NCBI GenBank assembly: GCA_016788295.1
Contig: JAEUSY010000013.1
Span: 1,862-65,861 of the forward strand
DNA: 64,000 nucleotides
From: Flavobacteriales bacterium
GTDB lineage: Bacteria > Bacteroidota > Bacteroidia > Flavobacteriales_F > PHOS-HE28
Direction: 5' to 3'
Of this stretch, positions 33,033 through 46,171 are shown one piece after another. The notes beneath the pieces were generated by a model. The model was not told the origin of the DNA, did no database searches, and was given only the letters and a program-made list of their open reading frames with translations. Every line of letters begins with the position of its first letter. The first letter of the stretch is position 1. Position numbers and translations under genes: made by a program.

Positions 33033-36000
33033 ATGGTGGTGGCCATGCTGATCGTGCTGCTTACATCGGGCGTTGTTAACGGCCAGGCCTATTCCATTTT
33101 CAACGGGACCACCAACGCATGTACAGGGGCATTCCTTGATAGTGGCGGACAAGGAGCGAGCGGCTACGGAAACAACGAGAACTACACCTACACCATTTGT
33201 CCCGATGTTCCCGGTGGTGCCATTTCGCTGAGCTTCCTCACATTCAACCTGAGCACTGCCGGAGCCGCGCCGATCGACTTCATGACGATCTATGATGGCA
33301 ACACCACGGCAGCACCACAGTTGGTCAATTGGACAGGCACGACAGGCCAGGGACAGGTCGTGAGCGCAAGCGGGGGCAATCCAACGGGTTGCCTCACCAT
33401 TGTGTTCCGAAGCAACAACACTGGTACAGGCGTCTTTGCAGCCACTATTACCTGTTACCAGCCCTGCAGCCGCCCCACGGCAGCAGCCACCCATGGCGCC
33501 ACCAACCCGCAACGCATCTGTCCGGGAGAAAGCGTCACGTTCAACAGTTCGGCGAGCACTGCGGCAGCGGGAAATAGCATCGCCAACCGACGTTGGGACT
33601 TCGGTGATGGCACTATCCTGAACAACGCGCCGGCCAATGTGAGCCATACCTATGCGCAGCCCGGAGGCTACATGGCGCAACTGACCGTGTTCGACAACAA
33701 CGGTTGCGCGAGCACCAACCAAGTTGACCTGCTTGTGCTCGTTGGCACGCAACCCACTTTCAACGGGACCGGCGGCACGCTGACCGGCTGCGTTGGTGAA
33801 ACATTGTGTTTGAACGGCGCAGTGCAAGGAACCTCTTGGACCGAGTCACCCAACCCCAACCTCGGCAGTGGTGTATTCCTGCCGGACATCGTGGGCGAGT
33901 GCTTCGAGAGCACCATCACCTACGATCAATTCCCTCCTGGGGCCACACTTACCAATGTTAATGGGCTGCTCTCCATTTGCATGGACATGGAGCACTCGTT
34001 CATGGGCGACCTCATCATCAACATCATCAGCCCTACCGGACAGACCGTTACCATGCACCAACAAGGCGGCGGCGGAACTTTCCTGGGAGTACCCGTTGAC
34101 AATGACCTGACGCCGAACGCGCAAGGCACTTGTTGGAACTATTGCTGGAGCCCAACGGCAACGAACGGCACATGGGCTGACAACGCCACTGGCACACTAC
34201 CGGCAGGAACGTATGAGAGCCTCAACCCGCTTTCCGGACTCGTCGGATCACAGCTTAATGGCACTTGGACCATACAGGTGTGCGACATGTGGGCGTCGGA
34301 CAACGGCTTTATCTGCAACTGGAACATCGACTTCAACCCCTCTTTGTTCGATGACCTGATCGAGTTCACACCGGTGTACGGCGCGCTATGTGACAGCAGC
34401 TACTGGACCGGGCCGAACATCACCGGCCAGACCGCGAACTGCAACCAGGCGTGCGTGACCCCGCCCGCACCAGGGAACTACAACTACGTATACCACGTCA
34501 CCGACAACTTCGGATGCACTTACGACACGACGTTGACGGTGAACATCATTCCTGGCCCGCAAGTGAACGCCGGACCCGATGCAAGCACCTGCAACACGCC
34601 CGTGCAATTGGGCGCAACGATCACGAGTGGCGGCTTCCCCACCACCTGCACCTACACGCTCACGTTGTACGATTCCTTCGGCGATGGATGGACGGGGCTC
34701 TTCGGCGGATCGAACGGATCCAGCGTGACCATCACCGTGAACGGCACGCCTTCATCATGGACACTACCGACCGGATCGCAGGGCAGCACAACGATCACAG
34801 TAGCCACAGGGAGCACCATTCAATTGAGCTACACAGCTGGCAGCTTGTACAATGGTGAACAATCGTTCACGCTGTTCAACAGTACCGGCGGAGTGGTTTA
34901 CGCATCGCCCACTGGCCCTGGTGGAGGCGTGGCCTGGAATGGCGCGGCCAACTGTCCGGGTGGCGGTTTCGTCTACAGCTGGTCGCCTGCTGCGGGGTTG
35001 AACAACCCGAACATCGCTGACCCGACGGCAACGGTCAGCGGGACCACGCAATACTGTGTAACGGTCTACCAGGTCGGTCATCCATCGTGCACGAGCACGG
35101 ATTGCATGACCATTACGGTGGACAACCAGGTGGATCCCGGCACCAATACCAATGTGGCCGCATGCAGCAACGGGGGAGCGATCACACTGTTCGCGCAACT
35201 GGGCGGCACACCAACGGCAGGTGGCACATGGACGGCTCCTGGAGGCGGAGCGCACAGTGGATCCTTTCAACCGGGGGTGGATCCACCAGGTGTGTACACA
35301 TATACCGTTGGTGGTGCAGGTGCCTGTGGCGCGCCGCAAAGCAGTACAGTGAATGTTACTGTGAACCCCTTGCCGAACGCGGGCACTTCATCGAGCATGG
35401 CAGCATGCAGTACCGATGCCACGCAATCGATGTTCGCACTGCTCGGCGGCGGTGCACAAGCAGGTGGCACATGGAACGGACCATCGCCAGTGGTAGGTGG
35501 GAACTACAACCCGGCCACCATGAACCCCGGTGTTTACACCTATACGGTGAACGGAACGGCGCCGTGCCCGAATTCGACGGCCACCGTAACAGTAACGGAG
35601 AACGCTCCACCGAACGCAGGCAACGATGCAAGCATTACGCTTTGCAACACAAGTGCGCCCGTAGTGTTGGTAACCCAACTTGGTGGAAGCCCCAGCGGCA
35701 CTGGAACATGGACCGCCCCTGGTGGTGGCACCGTTAGTGGTGGCCTTGACCCCGCAGTGGACCCATCCGGTGTATACACCTATAACGTGGACGGTACGGC
35801 ACCCTGTCCGAATGATCTGGCCACGCTGACCGTTGCGATAAACCCAGCCCCGAACGCGGGAACTCCCGGAGCGATCACGCTCTGTTCTTCTGATGCACCG
35901 GCCTCGCTCTTCGCACAACTCGGCGGAACACCTGATGTCGGCGGCACGTGGAGCGGGCCTTCACCAGTTGTAGGTGGTATGATCGATCCGGCGACGATGA

Positions 36001-39000
36001 ACGCCGGTGTTTACACCTACACGGTGAACGGCGTTGCGCCTTGTCCGAGCGAGAGCGCGACAGTGACGGTGACGATCAACACACCGCCTGTGCCAGGTAC
36101 GCCCGGCGCCATCACGCTGTGTTCATCGGATGCACCAGCATCGCTGCTCGCACAACTCGGTGGAACGCCTGATGCGGGAGGCACGTGGAGCGGGCCTTCA
36201 CCAGTTATTGGCGGCATGATCGACCCCGCGACGATGAACGCCGGTGTTTACACCTACACGGTGAACGGCGTTGCGCCTTGTCCGAGCGAGACCGCGACTG
36301 TGACGGTGACGATCAACACGCCGCCAGATCCAGGTACGCCCGGCGCGATCACACTGTGTTCTTCGGATGCACCGGCATCGCTCTTCGCACAACTCGGCGG
36401 AACGCCCGATGCAGGAGGTACATGGAGCGGGCCTTCGCCTGTGATCGGTGGCATGATCGATCCGGCGACGATGAACGCCGGTGTTTACACCTACACGGTG
36501 AACGGCGTTGCGCCTTGTCCGAGTGAGAGCGCGACAGTGACGGTGACGATCAACACGCCGCCAGATCCAGGCACACCCGGCGCGATCACGCTGTGTTCTT
36601 CGGATGCACCGGCATCGCTCTTCGCGCAACTCGGCGGAACGCCCGATGCAGGAGGAACATGGAGCGGGCCTTCACTAGTTGTAGGCGGCATGATCGACCC
36701 CGCGACAATGAGTGCGGGCGTGTATACCTACACGGTTGACGGTGTGGCGCCGTGCCCGAGTGAGAGCGCGACAGTGACGGTGACGATCAACACACCGCCA
36801 GATCCAGGCACACCCGGCGCGATCACGCTGTGTTCATCGGATGCACCGGCTTCGCTCTTCGCGCAACTCGGCGGAACGCCCGATGCAGGAGGTACATGGA
36901 GCGGGCCTTCTCCAGTTGTAGGTGGCATGATCGATCCTGCGACGATGGACGCCGGTGTTTACACCTACACGGTGAGCGGCGTTGCGCCTTGTCCGAGCGA
37001 GAGCGCGACAGTGACGGTGACGATCAACACACCGCCAGATCCAGGTACGCCCGGCGCGATCACACTGTGTTCTTCGGATGCACCGGCATCGCTCTTCGCA
37101 CAACTCGGCGGAACACCTGATGTCGGCGGCACGTGGAGCGGGCCTTCACCAGTTGTAGGCGGCATGATCGATCCTGCGACGATGGACGCCGGTGTTTACA
37201 CCTAAACGGTGATCGGCGTTGCGCCTTGTCCGAGCGAGAGCGCGACAGTGACGGTGACGATCAACACGCCGCCAGATCCAGGTACGCCCGGCGCGATCAC
37301 GCTATGTTCTTCGGATGCACCGGCATCGCTCTTCGCACAACTCGGCGGAACACCTGATGTCGGCGGCACGTGGAGCGGGCCTTCACCAGTTGTAGGTGGT
37401 ATGATCGATCCGGCGACGATGAACGCCGGTGTTTACACCTACACGGTGAACGGCGTTGCGCCATGTCCGAGCGAGAGCGCGACAGTGACGGTGACGATCA
37501 ACACACCGCCAGATCCAGGCACACCCGGCGCGATCACACTTTGTTCTTCGGATGCACCGGCATCGCTCTTCGCACAACTCGGCGGAACGCCTGATGCAGG
37601 AGGTACATGGAGCGGGCCTTCACCAGTTTCTGGAGGCATAATCGATCCGGCGACGATGAACGCCGGTGTTTACACCTACACGGTGAACGGCGTTGCGCCT
37701 TGTCCAAGTGAGAGCGCGACAGTGACGGTAACGATCAACACGCCGCCTGTGCCAGGTACACCCAGCGCTATCACGCTATGTTCTTCGGATGCATCGGCAT
37801 CGCTCATTGCACAACTCGGCGGAACGCCTGATGTCGGCGGCACATGGAGCGGGCCTTCACCAGTTGTAGGCGGCATGATCGATCCGGCGACGATGAACGC
37901 CGGTGTTTACACCTACACGGTGAACGGCGTTGCACCGTGTCCGAGTGAGACCGCGACAGTGACGGTGACGATCAACACGCCGCCAGATCCAGGCACACCC
38001 GGCGCGATAACGCTGTGTTCTTCGGATGCACCGGCATCGCTCTTCGCACAACTCGGTGGAACCCCTGATTCGGGTGGTACATGGAGCGGGCCTTCTTCAG
38101 TTGTAGGTGGCATGATCGATCCGGCGACAATGAGCGCGGGGATATACACCTACACGGTGGCTGGACTTGCACCATGCATGAGCGCGTCATCCACCGTCAG
38201 CATCACCATCAACACGCCATCGAACGCGGGCAACAATGGCAGTCTAACACTTTGCACGACCAGTACGGCCACATCGCTCTTCGATCAATTGGGAGGCAGT
38301 CCTCAAGCTGGCGGGACATGGAGCGGACCGAGCACTGTAACCGGCGGCATGATAGACCCGGCGACAATGAACGCGGGCAACTACATCTACATGGTGGCAG
38401 GGACTGCACCATGCCCCGACGTCGCCGCAACAGTGGCGATCGCGATCAATTCAATGCCCAACGCGGGGATCGATGGCGGCCTTACGCTCTGTTCATCGAG
38501 CCCGGCCACAACATTGATCAGCGGCTTGAACGGCACACCGGACAGTGGAGGCAACTGGACAGCACCCGGCGGTGGCGCATCGAACGGCACCTTCACTCCG
38601 GGAGTGAGCGTGACCGGCATCTATACCTACACGGTGAACGGCATAGCTCCGTGCCCTGCCGTTTCCGCGACCGTGGATGTGAACGTGGTAACGAACCCGA
38701 ATGCGGGCCTGCCCGGAAGTGTTACGCTGTGCGCTACTGATGCGGCGACCCTGCTCTTCGCGCAGCTTGGCGGAACGCCCGATGCTGGTGGCGTATGGAG
38801 CGGACCGAGCGCGGTGGTCGGCGGTTTGTACGACCCGGCCACGATGAACCCCGGCGTGTACACCTACACCATCGCTGTTCCTCCGCCGTGCGTGAACGCC
38901 AGCAGCACAGTGACCATCACCGAGATCGCACCGCCCAACGCTGGTACCGACGGCGCGCTCACCATGTGCATCAGCAGTCCGGCAACATCGCTGTTCGCGC

Positions 39001-42000
39001 AGCTTGTTGGTGGTGCACAAGCCGGTGGAACGTGGAGCGGACCTTCTCCTGTCGTAGGAGGAATGTTCAACCCAGCGACGATGACGGCGGGTGTGTACAC
39101 CTACACCGTGAGCGGTACCGCGCCCTGCCCTGCTGATCAAGCGCAAGTGACGGTGAGCGTGGTGGCCGCACCGAACGCTGGTACTCCGGGAAATGCAACG
39201 CTTTGCGCAACTGACAATGTCCTCAACCTCTTCGCGCAGCTTGGCGGAACGCCCGATGCTGGTGGCGCATGGAGCGGACCGAGCGCGGTGGTCGGCGGTT
39301 TGTACGACCCGGCCACGATGAACCCCGGCGTGTACACCTATACCATCACTGTTCCTCCGCCGTGCGTGAACGCCAGCAGTACAGTGACCATCACCGAGAT
39401 CGCACCGCCCAACGCGGGCAACGATGGCGCGCTCACCTTGTGCATCAGCAGTCCGGCAACATCGCTGTTCGCACAGCTTGGTGGTGGTGCACAAGCAGGT
39501 GGAACGTGGAGCGGACCTTCTCCTGTCGTAGGAGGAATGTTCAACCCAGCGACGATGACGGCGGGTGTGTACACCTACACCGTGAGCGGTAACGCGCCCT
39601 GCCCTGCTGATCAAGCGCAAGTGACGGTGAGCGTGGTGGCCGCACCGAACGCTGGTACTCCGGGAAATGCAACGCTTTGCGCCACTGACAATGTCCTCAA
39701 CCTCTTCGCGCAGCTTGGCGGAACGCCCGATGCTGGTGGCGCATGGAGCGGACCAAGTGCAGTGGTCGGCGGTTTGTACGACCCGGCCACGATGAACCCC
39801 GGCGTGTACACCTACACCATCACTGTTCCTCCGCCGTGCGTGAACGCCAGCAGCACAGTGACCATCACCGAGATCGCACCACCCAACGCAGGCACCGACG
39901 GCGCGATCACCTTGTGCATCAGCAGTCCTGCGACCTCGCTGTTCGCGCAGCTTGGTGGTGGTGCACAAGCCGGTGGAACGTGGAGCGGACCTTCTCCTGT
40001 CGTTGGTGGCATGTTCGATCCAGCGAACATGACCGCCGGTGTATACACCTACACAGTGAACGGAACATCGCCCTGCCCCAACGACCAGAGCATCGTGACA
40101 GTGACCGTGGTAAGCGAGCCAGACCCCGGTGGCCCCGGCTTCCTGACGATCTGCGCAACGGATGCGCCCGATGACCTCTTCAGTTACATAGAAGGCACAC
40201 CGGACCAAGGTGGCCAATGGACAACGCCAAGCGGCACAACGACCTCCGGCGTGTTCGATCCGGCTACCATGGCGTCGGGCGTATACACCTACACCATCAA
40301 CGTGCCTCCGCCTTGCGTCAGCGTGAGCAGTACGGTTACCGTGGATGTGATCACTGCACCGAACGCGGGACTGGATGGCGCAGCTATGCTCTGCCTCACT
40401 GGCGCTCCGCTCGATCTCTTCACTACGTTAGGCGGATCACCTGATGCCGGTGGGACCTGGACCACGAGCTCTGGCTTGCCGTTCAGCAGTACGTTCGACC
40501 CCGCGGTGCATTCTCCCGGCGTGTACAACTACACGGTGAACGGCATTGCGCCATGCCCAGCGGATGTTGCGAGCGTGACCATCGCGGTTACCCAACTGCC
40601 GTATGCAGGGAACGACGCGATCCTGAACCTCTGCGTTGTTGGTGATGCGGTCGATCTTTTCGGCGCATTGGGCGACGCGGATATCGGCGGCACTTGGAGC
40701 GGACCCGGTGGTGCTTCAGCAGGTGTGTTCACGCCGGGCAACAGCATTGCTGGTAACTACACCTACACCGTTGCTGGCTCGCCCCCCTGCCCGTCCGCAT
40801 CAGCCACTGTTACGGTGAACGTCTTGAGCAACGCCGACGCAGGAGGCGATGGCGGCACCACCTTGTGCGGAAGTGATGACCCATTGTCGCTCTTCGATCT
40901 GCTGCAAGGAAGCCCCGACGCAGGCGGCACATGGTTCGCTCCCGGCGGCTCCACAATGAACGGCATATTCAACCCGGCCAACAGCGCTCCGGGCGTGTAT
41001 ACCTACATCCTCTACGTACCTGCGCCATGCCAGAACGACACGGCACAAGTGGTCATGAGCGTTGTGGCCCCCGTGAGCGCAGGCACCAACGGAAACGCGA
41101 CCCTGTGCTCCAACGATTCTCCCGTCGCGCTCTTCAACTTGCTGAACGGCGCGCCGGACCTTGGTGGTTCCTGGACCGCACCGAACGGCGGCCCATCGGA
41201 AGGCAGCTTTGATCCAGGTGTTGACATGACCGGTGGCTATGTGTACACCGTCTACGCCATCGCACCTTGCACCGACCAAAGCGCCACCATAGCGCTGGGC
41301 GTGAACCCATTGCCCGATGCAGGCACCAATGGATCTGCCACGCTCTGTCCTGAAGCAGCGCCCATTTCGCTCTTTGCGCTGTTGGGTGGTTCGCCCATGC
41401 CCGGGGGCACATGGACCGGCCCCAACGGACAGCCGAGCAACGGCATCTTCGATCCGGCCAGCAGCCCACAAGGTGCATACACCTACACTGTTACCGGTTT
41501 GGCCCCGTGCCCGAACGCGATCGCCAGTTCAACGGCCACAGTATACCTCATCGCTCCGCCCAATGCAGGCCCCGATGCGGTATCCTGCACACTGGAGTTC
41601 ACGCTGAACGCCACGGGCAACTGGGCCAGCGGCACGTGGAGCGCAGCAGCCGGCATCACCTTCGGCGACAGCAATTCGCCGACGAGCACCGTTACAGCTA
41701 CCAGTGGCGGCGCATACACCTTCACATGGAGCGTGACCAGCAACGATGGCTGCGCGACGCAGGACCAGGTGACCATCACCTTCACCGATGCGATCGTGCC
41801 TGTTGTCGCCACCACCGATGCCATATGCAACAGTGCATGCGACGGTACGGCCAGTGTGCAGGCAACGGGCGGCAACGGCACCTACAGTTATGCTTGGTCC
41901 AACGGGATCGCAGGCAACACGCAAACGGCATCGAGCATCTGCGCGGGATCGTACACAGTGACCGTGCTTGATGTGAACAACTGCTCGGCAGCTGCGCCCT

Positions 42001-42788
42001 TCACCATTGGCGAACCCGTGGCACTGGTGATCGATGCCATCACTGCGGTGAACGAGACCTGCCCCGGAAGTTGCGATGGTACCATCACCATCTCCGACCC
42101 GCAGGGCGCACAATACAGCATCAATGGTGGAAGCAGCTACCAAGCGGGCGCCTCCTTTGCCAGCCTTTGCCCAGGCCAGTATGCGATCGTGATGATGGAT
42201 GGGAACGGGTGCACGGCCTCCGGGATCGCAACCATCACATCACCCGCACCCGTTACAGCCTTCTTCACGGTATCCCCGGACAGCCTTATCGCCAGCGATC
42301 CGGAAGCGCAGTTCAACAATCTTTCGAGCCCCAATGCCACGGCCTATAGCTGGGACTTTGCCGGGCTCGGCAGCAGCACGGCCACATCGCCCACCTACTC
42401 TTTCCCCGGCGTGCTGGGCGGCATTTACACCGTGTGCCTCACCGCCACCGATGCCAACGGCTGCCCCGATACCTACTGCGCCCCGGTGCAGGTCTTCGAT
42501 GCGCTGCTGGTGCACGTGGCCAATGTGTTCACGCCCAACCACGATGGCATCAACGAAGGCTTCGCGCCGGTGTTCAACATGGACTGGGCCGTGAGCGATT
42601 ACGAGTTCCTCATCTTCAACCGTTGGGGCGAACTGCTGTACGAGACCCATGTCGTGGACGAGAAGTGGAACGGCATACACGGTGGTGGTACGGTCGAGAC
42701 CGAAGTGTTCGTATGGAAGCTGCGTTGCCGCGACAAGCTCACCCGAAAGTGGATCGAGCGCATCGGGCATGTGACGGTGCTGAAGTGA
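33033..42788 (+). CDS. Giant secreted adhesin-like protein (paralog 3, about 3250 aa) with about 27 tandem 79-aa repeats and T9SS type-B CTD; reading frame interrupted by one TAA at 37203-37205
   Basis: Signal peptide MVVAMLIVLLTSGVVNGQA. CUB-like and P-domain (ICMDMEHSFMGDLIINIISPTGQ) as in paralogs 1 and 2. About 27 repeat units of the form C..D....LF..LGG.P..GGTW..P.....G..DP.....GVYTYTV.G..PCP. SprB-like repeats at 41.8-42.2 kb. CTD LLVHVANVFTPNHDGINEGF...GHVTVLK. ORFs 32976..37205 and 37209..42788 are in the same frame and differ from a continuous ORF only by TAC to TAA. Confidence 0.7.
35859..38228 (+). repeat. Ten near-identical 237-bp direct tandem repeats (coding, 79 aa each) inside the giant gene
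   Basis: The unit beginning GGTACGCCCGGCGCGATCAC...GATCAACACACCGCCAGATCCA recurs with only a few substitutions per copy at 35859, 36096, 36333 and so on, up to 37992. Confidence 0.85.
38650..40070 (+). repeat. Higher-order 474-bp (two-unit) near-identical tandem repeat, about 3 copies, inside the giant gene
   Basis: Identical peptide blocks (...PPPCVNASSTVTITEIAPPNAG... alternating with ...APCPADQAQVTVSVVAAPNAG...) recur with a 474-bp period. Spurious minus-strand ORFs 38864..39100, 39338..39574 and 39812..40048 are near-identical, which reflects the same repeat. Confidence 0.75.
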
Positions 42789-42816
42789 GCACTGATCAAG
42801 CACTCTGTCGCGTTTA

Positions 42817-43272
42817 TTGCAAACTGTGCTTTATCGGATGCGTATTCTCTATTTCTCCTGGGCTCTGTGGGGTCCTCTGTTCATAAGTGCGCAACCGAAC
42901 ACCACCTACGGCCCATACTACGGATGGCGTTGTGGGATAGTTGGCGCACCACCACTGCTTCGGCATATGATAGAAGAGGTCATAGCCACACGGGATACCG
43001 CAGTAATTTTCATGTGGTTGAGAGACAGCGGTCTGGTTCGGCAAGCATATGCCGCAGAGGCGATCATCCGGACCCAAAAGGCAGGCGTGGTGCTTCCAGA
43101 CTGGTCGACAATAAAAGCTAGAGATCTTCGGAGGTCAAGAACTCCAGTGATGGCTTGTAGAGGTTGTCACATGGGGTTGATCCCACTGAACAAGATCATG
43201 CGTCTCTGTCTCAAGCAAGCCAAACACGCTCGAGGAGGCCGCTCAAGCAGGAACAATGACCATCTGTTCTGA
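42817..43272 (+). CDS. Hypothetical small secreted protein, low confidence
   Basis: ORF with a possible signal peptide (MRILYFSWALWGPLFISAQ) in a lower-GC intergenic island. No recognisable domain. Confidence 0.3.
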   Translation: MQTVLYRMRILYFSWALWGPLFISAQPNTTYGPYYGWRCGIVGAPPLLRHMIEEVIATRDTAVIFMWLRDSGLVRQAYAAEAIIRTQKAGVVLPDWSTIKARDLRRSRTPVMACRGCHMGLIPLNKIMRLCLKQAKHARGGRSSRNNDHLF

Positions 43273-43278
43273 AAGAGA

Positions 43279-43302
43279 AAGCCCGGCTCATCGCCGGGCT
43301 TC
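43279..43302 (-). terminator. Hairpin downstream of gyrB (possible bidirectional terminator)
   Basis: AAGCCCGGC-tcatc-GCCGGGCTT. A T-rich tract follows on the minus strand (TCTCTTTC). Confidence 0.45.
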
Positions 43303-43340
43303 CCATTCCTATACCACAAACGCAAGCTGCTCGTGGCGTC

Positions 43341-45320
<1,980 letters not shown>

Positions 45321-45474
45321 TCAGGTCGGTTCGCCCTCCCGTTCCGAAAGGGCTTGCGAAGATACCCGATCCACCCCGGTCCACAGGGTCTTTTTCCCAA
45401 CAATGACGCGGGCTTTGTTGATAATTAACAGTGCCACTGATGAGCAGTATCCGGCACATGGTCGAAGCGCTTGG

Positions 45475-46152
45475 TCAGACCGCTTCGGCAGGCCCCCTTC
45501 CAAGCAACTTGACCAATGCGGTAACATGCGCCCAGAGGACCGCTGGGACCAGTATGGCAGGCAAAAGCACCCAAGGCGCAGAGATGACCAGCACGTTCGG
45601 CTGGTCGAAAGCGAAGCGCTGAACAGAGGAAGGAATGCTAAGTACGGCGGTCATAACAACGTTGACCAGGGTTAAAATGCCGATAGAATTCCAGACAACA
45701 AGGACCCAACGGCACGGCTTACGCGCCGAAAGTGACCATGCTAACAGGAATGCAGCGCTGAGTCCGATGAGAATATCGAAGTTGTGCCCGCTGTAGGTCA
45801 TACTGCGAGGTACCATCCCTTCACGATATGCTTCATGTAACACAAGTTCCACCGGTACCCGAAGGATATGAATAGCAGTAAGAGCGACCATATCGGATCG
45901 GTACAGCCAACGTCTCCCGAGGGGCCATACAATGAAAAGAAGGATACACAGCAAGGCCGGTGCCAGCAAGGCGATCTGAGGCGGGGGGAATGACGTTGTG
46001 TTCTGGTAGAAACCAATTTCCGCTAAGATCAAGTGTACTCCGCCTAGCGTGACCAATACCAGTGGAAGCCGCCAACTGTCCGTCGCCCGAGCCGTCCAGA
46101 ACAAGCACCACACAACTGCAAACCCGAAAAGCAGGTAGCTTGCTGCGCTCAT
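45475..46152 (-). CDS. Hypothetical integral membrane protein (about 6 TM segments)
   Basis: Hydrophobic helices throughout. No recognisable motif. Confidence 0.5.
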   Translation of the reverse strand: MSAASYLLFGFAVVWCLFWTARATDSWRLPLVLVTLGGVHLILAEIGFYQNTTSFPPPQIALLAPALLCILLFIVWPLGRRWLYRSDMVALTAIHILRVPVELVLHEAYREGMVPRSMTYSGHNFDILIGLSAAFLLAWSLSARKPCRWVLVVWNSIGILTLVNVVMTAVLSIPSSVQRFAFDQPNVLVISAPWVLLPAILVPAVLWAHVTALVKLLGRGPAEAV

Positions 46153-46171
46153 AAGCGTTAACCTCTTTCGG

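Noticed and set aside
35859-38228. Possibility that the near-identical direct repeats are a CRISPR array
   Set aside because: The period is 237 bp with no unique spacers. The units are in-frame coding sequence of one long ORF, and there are no cas genes nearby.
35087-42143. Dozens of short ORFs on both strands within the tandem-repeat region (for example the repeated 66-aa MPPTTGEGPLHVPP... peptides, and 38493..40217 at 574 aa)
   Set aside because: Alternative-frame or antisense readings of the 237-bp coding repeat. Their periodic recurrence just mirrors the repeat.
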